Below, in pieces: positions 48,916 through 56,685 of a stretch of 56,685 nt of DNA. Position 1 is the stretch's first letter; every line of letters begins with the position of its first letter. The notes under the pieces are model-generated. The model searched no databases. It saw only the letters and a list, made by a program, of their open reading frames with translations, and was not told the origin of the DNA. The stretch lies in the NCBI GenBank assembly GCA_023818695.1, contig JAMWCF010000003.1, positions 1 to 56,685 of the forward strand. Direction: 5' to 3'. The DNA is from Candidatus Omnitrophota bacterium. Its GTDB lineage: Bacteria > Omnitrophota > Gorgyraeia > 1-14-0-20-64-10. Both the position numbers and the translations under genes were made by a program.

Positions 48916-51900
48916 TTAACTGGAGCGTTGGAAGGACCTCGTGAAGGCGGGTTGGGGCGGCAATCTCTTGGGAACGATATGAATGGCGTCCGCTCCCAGA
49001 AGAGAGTCGACGGTCTGAAAGAAATCAACGGATGGGTTGACCCGGAAACCGGATCCGGCGGCGATGCGAACCCCGCCGTTTTCCGGTTTGCCAACGAACA
49101 GCTCGACCGGCACCTCCCCCGGGTGGGCGTTCAAAAGCTCTTTCAACCGCTCCAAGGTTTCCCGCTTGACCTCCTGCCCCAGTTTGAACCGCAGGGTCTG
49201 TATCTTTTTTTTCCAGACATCCTCCAGAGGGGTGATCTCCGTAGCAATCAAGCGGGGCTGATCCTCCCGCAGAGAAACCCGCCCGCTGACGAAAACCACC
49301 ACGTCCGCCCTCAAATGCCCTTCCACCTCCGGGAAGGTTCTGGGGAAGACCAGCACCTCGACCGCCCCGTCGAAATCCTCGCAGCGCAGGATCGCCATCC
49401 GTTCGCCGGTTTTCTTCGTGGTGGTCACCTTCAAGCGGGTCACCACCCCTGCCAGAGAAATCTCCTGCCCGTCCTGGCAGGAGGCCAACCCTGCCGTCGT
49501 GACGCTGGAATAGACCTTCAGAAGGGGACGGAACCGTTCCAGCGGGTGGCCCGTCAGATAAAAACCCAGCAGCGCCTTCTCGGCGGCCAACCGCTGGGAC
49601 TCCGGCCACTCGGGAAGATCCGGGATCTTCACCTGATCCTGCGGGTGCTCCCCTGAATGGCCGAAGACATCGAAGAAGGAGAGCTGCCCCCCCTGGACCT
49701 CTTTCTGGCGGGTGCCGGCCACCTCCAGCACCTTGTCCAAGACAGCCGTCAACTGGGAGCGCTTCATCTTCAGGGAATCGAAAGCGCCGCACTGGATGAG
49801 CGATTCGATCACCTTCCGGTTGACGGCTCGGCCGTCGACCAACTCGCAGAACTGAATCAGAGACTCAAAAGCCCCCTTCTCCCGCCGGGCTTCGATGATC
49901 GATTCGATCGCCTTCTCCCCCACGTTCTTGATCCCCAGAAAACCATACCGGATCTTTCCGTCCTCAACGGTGAACCGGGCGAAGCTCCTGTTGACGTCCG
50001 GCGGCAGGATGGTAATGTCCATCCGGCGGCTCTCCTCGACGTACTGGGCAATCTTATCGGTGTTGTCCCGCTCGCTGGTCAGCAGGGCGGTCATGAACTC
50101 CACGGGAAAGTTGGCCTTGAGGTACGCCGTCTGGTAGGAAATCAAAGCGTAGGCGGCGCTGTGGGAGCGGTTGAAGGCGTAGCCGGCGAAATACTCGATC
50201 TTCTCGAAGATCTTCTGCGCGATCCGTTTGTCCACCCCGTTGGCAACGCACCCCGAGATAAACTTCTCCCGTGCCTGTTCCATTACCTCGGGGTTTTTCT
50301 TCCCCATCGCCTTGCGCAGGGTGTCGGCTTCCCCGAGAGTGAAGCCGGCCAGCTCGTGGGCGATCCGCATGACCTGCTCCTGGTAGACGCACACCCCGTA
50401 GGTGTCCCGCAGGATCGGTTCCAACTTCGGGTGGTCGAAGCTGACCTTGATCTGCCCGTGGCGGCGCTTGATGAAATCGTCCACGATCCCTGAACCGATC
50501 GGCCCTGGCCTGAACAGTGCCACCAGGGCGATCAGGTCCCCGAACCGCTGGGGTTTGAGCCGCCGCATCAGATCCCGCATCCCTCCCGACTCCAGCTGGA
50601 AGACGCCGGCCGACTCCGCCCTGGCGAGCATCGCGTAGGTGGCCGGATCGTCCATCGGGATCTTCTGGATGTCGAAAGACGCGTCGCGACCGGCGCGAAT
50701 CAGCTCGGAGGCCTCATGGATGACGGTAAGGGTCCGCAGCCCTAGAAAATCCATCTTCAGGAGACCGATTTTCTCCAGCGCCTCCATGGAATAGCCGGTG
50801 GAGATCTGATCGTCCGCCGACTTATAGAGGGGAACGTAGTCGGTCAGATCGCCGTCGGCGATGACAACCCCGGCGGCATGGGTGGAGGCATGCCGGGTGA
50901 GCCCCTCCAGCACCTTCGAGGTGTCCAGCAGTTCGGTCACCCGGGGGTCCGACTGGTAAAGGGCCTTGAGCTCCGGAACCACCTCTATCGCCTTCTGAAG
51001 CGTGATCCCCAGTTCGAAGGGAATCATCTTGGCGATCCGGTCCGCCTCCGGATAGGAGAAACCCATCACCCGGGCCACGTCCCGGACCACCGCCTTCGCC
51101 TGCATGGTCCCGAAGGTGATCACCTGGGCAACGTTGCCGGCGCCGTATTTCCGAGTCACGTAGTCGATGACCTCGGAGCGTCTCTCGTAGCAGAAATCGA
51201 TGTCGATGTCCGGCATGGAAATCCTGTCTGGATTCAGGAATCTCTCGAAGATCAGATCGTGCTCCAGGGGATCCAGGTCGGTAATCCCCAGCGCGTAGCT
51301 GACCACCGAGCCGGCGGCGGATCCCCTTCCCGGGCCGACGGGGATTCCCTTCGATTTGGCATACTGAACGAAATCCCAGGTGATCAGAAAATAGCTGGTG
51401 AAGCCGGTCTTCCGGATGATGGCCAGCTCATGGTCGAGGCGCTGCCGTACGCGGCTGTCGGCGTTGGGGTAGCGGCGGGCGATTCCCTCCTCCACAAGCT
51501 CCTGGAGATAGCTGTCCTGCGTCTTTCCCTCCGGCGGGGTGAACTGGGGCAGGTGCAGCTGATTGAACTCCAGCTTCAGGTTTACCTTCTCGGCCACTTC
51601 CCTCGTGCGCAGGACCGTTTCTTTGATCTCGGCAAACGCCTGCATCATCTCTTCCGGGGACTTGAAATAAAACTCGCTCGTCTCGAACCGGAATCTCTTC
51701 GGGTCGTCAAGGGTAGTCTGGGTCTGAATGCACAGAAGGGCTTCGTGGGCGGCCGCTTCGTTCTTGCGCAGGTAATGCAAATCGTTGGTCGCCACTACCG
51801 GGAGATTCAGCTCCTTGGAAAGGGAGAGCATCCCCGGGATGATTTTGCGCTGGTCGCCAATACCGTGGTCCTGGATTTCCAGGTAGAAATCCCCCTTTTG

Positions 51901-52410
51901 GAAAATGGCCGCCAGCTCCGCCGCCGCCGCGGCCGCCCTGGCCCGCTCCCCTTTGGCCATCCAAAAGCTGACCTCTCCCTGCAGACAGCTGGAGAGCCCG
52001 ATCAACCCCTTGGAATGGCGCGATAAGATTTCCTTGTCGATGCGCGGCCGGTAGTAAAACCCTTCGAGGTAAGCGCTGGAAACCAGCTTGATGAGGTTGC
52101 GGTATCCCTCTGTATCTTTGGCCAGCAGAATCAGATGGTAGGAGGCCTCCGAGATCCCTTTCGATTCCTTGTCATGTCTGGAGCCGGGAGCGATGTAGGC
52201 CTCCACCCCGATGATCGGCTGGATCCCCCCCTTCTGGCAGGCCTGGTAAAATTCGATCGCCCCGAACATATTACCGTGGTCGGTGATCGCCAGCGCCGGC
52301 ATGCTGTGGCGCCGGGCCGCCTCTACCAGCTCCTCCAGCCGGGAGGCACCGTCCAGAAGGGAATACTGGCTGTGGACGTGCAGGTGGACGAAATCAGCCG
52401 TCTTATTCAT
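48916..52410 (-). CDS. dnaE: DNA polymerase III alpha subunit
   Basis: HLHVHS PHP domain, PDIDID, KMDFLGL, FNRSH; no intein. Confidence 0.98.
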   Translation of the reverse strand: MNKTADFVHLHVHSQYSLLDGASRLEELVEAARRHSMPALAITDHGNMFGAIEFYQACQKGGIQPIIGVEAYIAPGSRHDKESKGISEASYHLILLAKDTEGYRNLIKLVSSAYLEGFYYRPRIDKEILSRHSKGLIGLSSCLQGEVSFWMAKGERARAAAAAAELAAIFQKGDFYLEIQDHGIGDQRKIIPGMLSLSKELNLPVVATNDLHYLRKNEAAAHEALLCIQTQTTLDDPKRFRFETSEFYFKSPEEMMQAFAEIKETVLRTREVAEKVNLKLEFNQLHLPQFTPPEGKTQDSYLQELVEEGIARRYPNADSRVRQRLDHELAIIRKTGFTSYFLITWDFVQYAKSKGIPVGPGRGSAAGSVVSYALGITDLDPLEHDLIFERFLNPDRISMPDIDIDFCYERRSEVIDYVTRKYGAGNVAQVITFGTMQAKAVVRDVARVMGFSYPEADRIAKMIPFELGITLQKAIEVVPELKALYQSDPRVTELLDTSKVLEGLTRHASTHAAGVVIADGDLTDYVPLYKSADDQISTGYSMEALEKIGLLKMDFLGLRTLTVIHEASELIRAGRDASFDIQKIPMDDPATYAMLARAESAGVFQLESGGMRDLMRRLKPQRFGDLIALVALFRPGPIGSGIVDDFIKRRHGQIKVSFDHPKLEPILRDTYGVCVYQEQVMRIAHELAGFTLGEADTLRKAMGKKNPEVMEQAREKFISGCVANGVDKRIAQKIFEKIEYFAGYAFNRSHSAAYALISYQTAYLKANFPVEFMTALLTSERDNTDKIAQYVEESRRMDITILPPDVNRSFARFTVEDGKIRYGFLGIKNVGEKAIESIIEARREKGAFESLIQFCELVDGRAVNRKVIESLIQCGAFDSLKMKRSQLTAVLDKVLEVAGTRQKEVQGGQLSFFDVFGHSGEHPQDQVKIPDLPEWPESQRLAAEKALLGFYLTGHPLERFRPLLKVYSSVTTAGLASCQDGQEISLAGVVTRLKVTTTKKTGERMAILRCEDFDGAVEVLVFPRTFPEVEGHLRADVVVFVSGRVSLREDQPRLIATEITPLEDVWKKKIQTLRFKLGQEVKRETLERLKELLNAHPGEVPVELFVGKPENGGVRIAAGSGFRVNPSVDFFQTVDSLLGADAIHIVPKRLPPQPAFTRSFQRSS

Positions 52411-52999
52411 TGACCGCGTTCTCGAGGGCGCTCAAATCCAGCAGTCGTCTTGATTCAAAGAGATGCCGCCACTTTTCATACTCGGCAGGGTCCAGCTTCC
52501 CGTCCCGGACCATCAGCGCGAAATATTCGCACAGCCGCATCCCTCTCTGTTTGGCGTCGACATCGAACCACGCCGCCGCTTCGAACTCATTGAGAAGAGT
52601 GGTCAAATCCTCTTTGACCCGCTCCCGATCGCCGGCCGCCAACTCCATCATGTCGACCTGCTCCATGGAGTCGATCTTCTGCCGAATCAGGCGGGGCGTG
52701 GCGGTCATCATGGAGGAATAGGCCGCGCCCAGCACGATGACAAACAGGACGCTGAAAGCCAGCGCCGTCGCCGAAATCCACTTGAAATACCGCTTCCCGG
52801 AGGCGAAAAAACCGTAGAGGGCGCCTCCAACCGTCCAGAAAAGGAGGATCAGAACAACCCAGAAGGCCTTCCCTCTGCCGCCGACCTCTCTGGCGGAGGC
52901 GCAGTGGATCAGCGCCCAGATCGGAAAAACGATCAGATAAAAAAGCATCGCCGCAACGATGGCGAGGACCAGTGCGATGGAAAGAATGACATTCGGCAT
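52403..52999 (-). CDS. Membrane protein with a PLDc_N-like N-terminus and an EF-hand-like loop
   Basis: IWALIHC...KAFWVVLILLF..VG..LY; C-terminal VRDGKLDPAEY. Confidence 0.65.
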   Translation of the reverse strand: MPNVILSIALVLAIVAAMLFYLIVFPIWALIHCASAREVGGRGKAFWVVLILLFWTVGGALYGFFASGKRYFKWISATALAFSVLFVIVLGAAYSSMMTATPRLIRQKIDSMEQVDMMELAAGDRERVKEDLTTLLNEFEAAAWFDVDAKQRGMRLCEYFALMVRDGKLDPAEYEKWRHLFESRRLLDLSALENAVNE

Positions 53000-53013
53000 G
53001 GATCAGCGTCCGT

Positions 53014-53640
53014 TCATTTCTTCGTTTTTGTTTCTGCCTTTTTTGCTTTCTTGGCTTTCTTCCGGTTTTTCTCCGCGTCCCGTTTCTTCTTTTCGGAGTC
53101 CCGCTTCTTTTTCTCCGCCTCCCTCACTTTCTTCGCCTTCATCCTCTCTTTCTTTCTGTCGAGCTTGCGTTGCTTCTTCTCCTGCTCCGCGCGCCTCTTT
53201 TCGCTTTTTTCCCGGAGATCCTCTTTTTTCTTTTCCTCTTTCCTCTTGAGTTTTGCCTTCTTCCTCTCCGTCGCTTTGACCTTCTTCTTCGCCTTGCGCG
53301 CCTTCTCCGACGTCACGCGCTCCCGCTTGGCGTCCTTCCTGCCGGCTTTTCTCTGCTTCTTTTTCAACCACTTGGCCCGCAGCCGCTTCTTGGCTCTCTC
53401 CGACTTGTACTTTTTGGGGGCGACGGGGCCTTTGGGCGTTTTGGCTTTCGTCTTCTTGTCCTTCTTGCGCATCTTCTCCTGATTGCGAAGGAAGATATCT
53501 CCGGCGAGGGATCGGGAGTGGTCGATCTCCTCCTGGGAACCCGGTTTTTTTTCAGCGGCCCGGACGGGCGGCGCCCCGCTGAAGGCGAACAGGACTGTCA
53601 GCAGGATGGAAAGGCAGCGGCGCCATCCGGAAACCGCCAT
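53014..53640 (-). CDS. Exported lysine-rich low-complexity protein
   Basis: Signal peptide ending VRA; about 60 Lys in the 180-aa mature part (hand count). Confidence 0.7.
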   Translation of the reverse strand: MAVSGWRRCLSILLTVLFAFSGAPPVRAAEKKPGSQEEIDHSRSLAGDIFLRNQEKMRKKDKKTKAKTPKGPVAPKKYKSERAKKRLRAKWLKKKQRKAGRKDAKRERVTSEKARKAKKKVKATERKKAKLKRKEEKKKEDLREKSEKRRAEQEKKQRKLDRKKERMKAKKVREAEKKKRDSEKKKRDAEKNRKKAKKAKKAETKTKK

Positions 53641-53648
53641 AATCCGCT

Positions 53649-54056
53649 CTACTCTTTCTTCGGTTCAGGCGGCTCTGGAGTCGGCCTTCCCTGCATCGGG
53701 GGCAAACCCGGCGGCTCCGACGAAGACCTGTCCGGCAGATCGAACATGGGCGGCCTCGTCGGAAAGGCGGCCTTCTCTCCCGTCGCGCCCGGAGGCGGAA
53801 ACCCGACTGGAGGGGCGGGCATCCTGAACTGGCCGGACATCGGGGAACGTTCCATTCCGGGCAGCATTCCCTGCATGCCCTGCATCTTCTTCATCTGGGA
53901 AGGGATCGCCGCGATCCCCACGACGCTCAAAACGATCGCCGCCAGTCCGAGGACCAGCCCCAACCACTTGATCCAGCCCGATTTCTCCACCGCTTTGGCC
54001 AAAACCAGATATCCCGCCGACGCAGAGATCAGAAGAATCGCGATCGCCGCTAGCAT
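53649..54056 (-). CDS. Two-TM membrane protein with a Met/Gly- then Pro-rich tail
   Basis: GYLVLAKA..K.GWIKWLG; MKKMQGMQGMLPGM; AAGGAGG SD. Confidence 0.75.
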   Translation of the reverse strand: MLAAIAILLISASAGYLVLAKAVEKSGWIKWLGLVLGLAAIVLSVVGIAAIPSQMKKMQGMQGMLPGMERSPMSGQFRMPAPPVGFPPPGATGEKAAFPTRPPMFDLPDRSSSEPPGLPPMQGRPTPEPPEPKKE

Positions 54057-54086
54057 AAATCCTCCTTCACGGTTTAGTCGGAATCC

Positions 54087-54494
54087 TTATCCGACGGACA
54101 TCGCCTTCGCGAACAGGTAAAAAATCCCAACCCAGATGAACCAGGCGCCTGTGAGCCACACCAAGCGGGTGAGCCAGCGGTCCGCCATCTGGTAGATGAG
54201 CCAGCCGACAAAAAGGCCCACCCCCCCCTCCACCCAGAACAGGAGGATTCTCTGGTCAGGGGTCAGAACGGAACCCAGGGCCCCCCACCGCTCTCCCATC
54301 TTCGGGAAAACCAGATAAAGAAGCTGCAGATGGAACAGCATCTGCGGTTCTCCGGTCAGCCAATGTTCCTTCGGCCAGCCCGGAACAACCGAAGGCCCCC
54401 ACAACGGCAGAGTGAACAGGCCTATCCCCAGCAGAAAGAGGATAACCTCGTCTACGATCCCTCTGGAACTCCACAATGGCAGATCGTCAGCCAT
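54087..54494 (-). CDS. Hypothetical Trp-rich membrane protein (3-4 TM)
   Basis: ORF starting 6 nt after the guaA stop; hydrophobic segments. Confidence 0.7.
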   Translation of the reverse strand: MADDLPLWSSRGIVDEVILFLLGIGLFTLPLWGPSVVPGWPKEHWLTGEPQMLFHLQLLYLVFPKMGERWGALGSVLTPDQRILLFWVEGGVGLFVGWLIYQMADRWLTRLVWLTGAWFIWVGIFYLFAKAMSVG

Positions 54495-54500
54495 TTTATC

Positions 54501-56051
54501 TCACTCCCATTCAATGGTCCCGGGCGGTTTGGAGGTCACATCGTAGACAACCCGGTTGACTCCCCGGACTTCGTTGACGATCCGATTGGCGGCCGCTTCC
54601 AGCAGCTTCGCCGGCAAACGGGCCCAATCGGCGGTCATCCCATCGGTGCTGATGACGGCTCTCAGGGCGACGATGTTTTCGTACGTCCGCTCATCCCCCA
54701 TCACGCCGACCGTCTTCAGCGGCAGCAAAACCGCGAAGGCCTGCCAAACCTTCGAATACCAGCCGCTGGCGCGTAGCTCTTCAATGAACCGGCTGTCTGC
54801 CTCCTGCAGGAGGCGGATCCTTTCCTCAGTCACCTCTCCCAGGATCCGGACCGCCAGCCCAGGCCCCGGAAACGGGTGCCGGCCCAGGATGCTCTCCGGG
54901 ATCTCCAGCGAGCGGCCGATCTCCCGGACCTCATCCTTGAAAAGGAACCGCAGCGGTTCGATGAGCTTCAAATGCATCTTCTCCGGCAACCCGCCGACAT
55001 TGTGATGGGTCTTGATGGTGGCTGATGGCCCCCCGTTGGGGGAGACCGACTCGATCACGTCCGGATAGAGAGTTCCCTGCGCGAGGAACTCCACGTTTTT
55101 GTGCTTCCGGGCCTCCTCCTCAAAACAGCTGACGAACTGGCGGCCGATCCGGCGGCGCTTCTCCTCCGGATCCTCCACCCCTTGAAGGGCCGCAAGGAAC
55201 TGTCTGCCGGCATCCACCACCACCAACGGGATCTTCAGGTTCTTCTCGAAGGCCTGCACAACCTCCTGCCTCTCGTTCTTCCTCAAAAGACCGGTGTCGA
55301 CGAAGATCGGAATCAGCTGATCCCCGATCGCCCGGTGGACCAGAACGGCCACAACCGAGGAATCGACCCCGCCGGAAAGCCCCAACACGACCTTCGAGGC
55401 GCCCACAGTCCGGTGGATCTCCGCCACCGTGGTGTCGATGAAGTAGGCGGAGGACCATTCCCCTTTACAGCCGCAGACCTTGAAAAGGAAATTCGCCAGA
55501 ATCTCCCTGCCCTTTGGGGTGTGGACCACCTCTGGGTGGAACTGGACGCCGAATTTTCGGCCGGTCCGGTCCGCCATGGCAGCGATCGGCGTATTGGAGG
55601 TGTGGGCGATTGCCTTGAACCCGGTCGGCAGCTGATTCACGTAATCCCCGTGGCTCATCCAGGAGACGAGACGGGAAGGCAACCCTTCGAAAAGAGGGTG
55701 CGGATCGTCCACCTGCAAATCGGCCTTCCCGAACTCCCGGTTGGCCGCTTTGGAGACTCCGCCCCCCAGGACCTGGCCCATCAGCTGCATCCCGTAGCAG
55801 ATCCCCAGGGTCGGAATAGGGAGCTTCAGGATTTCCGGGTCCGGCCTGGGAGAGGCCGGATTCCAGACCGAGGCCGGCCCTCCGGAGAGGATGATCCCCT
55901 TGGGGGATTCCTCCATCAGTTTTTCTTTCGGGATCCTGTAGGGCAGGATTTTGCAGAAGACCTTCAGTTCCCGGACACGGCGGGCAATCAGCTGGGCGTA
56001 CTGGGAACCGAAATCAAGAATGACAATCGTCTCTTCGGGTGACTTCTGCAT
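54501..56051 (-). CDS. guaA: GMP synthase
   Basis: [36 protein letters not shown]. Confidence 0.98.
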   Translation of the reverse strand: MQKSPEETIVILDFGSQYAQLIARRVRELKVFCKILPYRIPKEKLMEESPKGIILSGGPASVWNPASPRPDPEILKLPIPTLGICYGMQLMGQVLGGGVSKAANREFGKADLQVDDPHPLFEGLPSRLVSWMSHGDYVNQLPTGFKAIAHTSNTPIAAMADRTGRKFGVQFHPEVVHTPKGREILANFLFKVCGCKGEWSSAYFIDTTVAEIHRTVGASKVVLGLSGGVDSSVVAVLVHRAIGDQLIPIFVDTGLLRKNERQEVVQAFEKNLKIPLVVVDAGRQFLAALQGVEDPEEKRRRIGRQFVSCFEEEARKHKNVEFLAQGTLYPDVIESVSPNGGPSATIKTHHNVGGLPEKMHLKLIEPLRFLFKDEVREIGRSLEIPESILGRHPFPGPGLAVRILGEVTEERIRLLQEADSRFIEELRASGWYSKVWQAFAVLLPLKTVGVMGDERTYENIVALRAVISTDGMTADWARLPAKLLEAAANRIVNEVRGVNRVVYDVTSKPPGTIEWE

Positions 56052-56075
56052 AAGGGGAGCTTCTCGTAAAGTAAC

Positions 56076-56104
56076 ATTCTATCCCTCCCGAAAAGAGGGG
56101 TCAA
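56076..56104 (-). promoter_or_regulatory. Sigma70 promoter of guaA
   Basis: TTGACC-N17-TAGAAT. Confidence 0.75.
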
Positions 56105-56170
56105 TCTTCAGCGAGGCAATCTGTAATGCTCCCCCTTTTTAACCCGCCTGCGGGGAGAGTTCCGGGTTAT

Positions 56171-56191
56171 TGAGGTTACCCCAAAAACTGG
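56171..56191. repeat. Second IS3-type terminal-repeat-like sequence
   Basis: TGAGGTTACCCCAAAAACTGG versus TGAGGTGCTCCCCATCAAACTGT at 56559, same orientation. Confidence 0.45.
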
Positions 56192-56201
56192 CTTAGATTA
56201 T

Positions 56202-56546
56202 TCACATTTTCGATATAAAAGAAGGGTAAACAGTCCTAAAAAGCGAAACAGCAATCCAAGCATAAAAAATTAGCCCTACCACAAGCACTAACTTCTCGTA
56301 AGGTCTTAATTCTTGCCACGTTCCAAACTGCCCCTCCCTTTTGATCTTACGAAGGGCATATAAAATAATGGCCCAAGAAAGGCTGCCGGTTAAACCACAG
56401 ACGAGCATAATTTCATCCGGTTTCGCATTAAGAATCCTAATACCAATTAAGACATACAGCTCTAATCCAACAGCGGTTGTAAGCAACAATGCCAAATACA
56501 AGAAAAACATGGGCGTTCGATATTTCTTACCTTCTGAAAGAGTCAT
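56202..56546 (-). CDS. AT-rich small membrane protein (about 114 aa, 3 TM)
   Basis: Markedly lower GC than the flanks; ATG at 56546, 12 nt outside the IS end; the ORF-track start lies inside the IS repeat. Confidence 0.6.
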   Translation of the reverse strand: MTLSEGKKYRTPMFFLYLALLLTTAVGLELYVLIGIRILNAKPDEIMLVCGLTGSLSWAIILYALRKIKREGQFGTWQELRPYEKLVLVVGLIFYAWIAVSLFRTVYPSFISKM

Positions 56547-56558
56547 TTTTAGACACCC

Positions 56559-56685
56559 TGAGGTGCTCCCCATCAAACTGTACCATTTTGAGCCTTGGAT
56601 AAGACAAGGTCCAAAGCCCCATGCCTGACCGCTTGAGGGGTCCGATAGCCGAGGGATTGATGAATCCGCTCGGCCTCGTACCAGA
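56559..56685 (-). mobile_element. Right end of an IS3-family (rve/DDE) element, partial
   Basis: Frame reads WYEAERIHQSLGYRTPQAV...* (stop 56573), the typical integrase-core C-terminus; terminal repeat ends ...GGGGAGCACCTCA-3'. Not in the ORF track. Confidence 0.8.

Noticed and set aside
53003-53371. Alternative-frame Glu/Gly/Arg-rich ORF
   Set aside because: Frame shadow of the purine-rich Lys-rich gene, which has the signal peptide and fits the operon spacing.
56135-56170. Hairpin AACCCG/CGGGTT as a terminator
   Set aside because: The T-run precedes the stem on plus and an A-run follows it on minus; it may be a degenerate REP half-site.

Overview
56.7 kb of a high-GC diderm bacterial chromosome. 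The gene mix and order suggest a PVC-superphylum, Omnitrophota-like lineage; this is an inference and no search was run. Almost all genes are on the minus strand. Core content: a dcw cluster from mraZ to ftsA with no ftsZ, rnpB, three tRNAs, dnaG-rpoD, mtaB-rsmE, an AlgE-like outer-membrane barrel, a long hisS-aspS-phoH-ybeY-dgkA-recO-glyQS-ppdK-sigma-apt run, HU, dnaE, guaA, and an IS3-family right end at the window edge. The main non-routine signals are five. (1) A c-di-GMP-I (GEMM-I)-like riboswitch about twice the normal size, with a 50-nt two-hairpin insertion beside the ligand pocket; it is preceded by a sigma54-type site, followed by a terminator, and gates three uncharacterised genes. 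(2) A multi-stem RNA with a terminator-like hairpin and an alternative pairing in the mraZ/dcw leader. (3) An FtsA with all three nucleotide-binding motifs degenerate, followed by a DUF5674 gene pair in place of ftsZ. (4) A MarR-boxed, deletion-riddled acyltransferase operon ending in an apparently exported HDAC11-like deacylase. (5) A four-gene envelope cassette that includes a secreted, roughly one-third-lysine protein. All RNA folds and alignments were done by eye and need computational confirmation.
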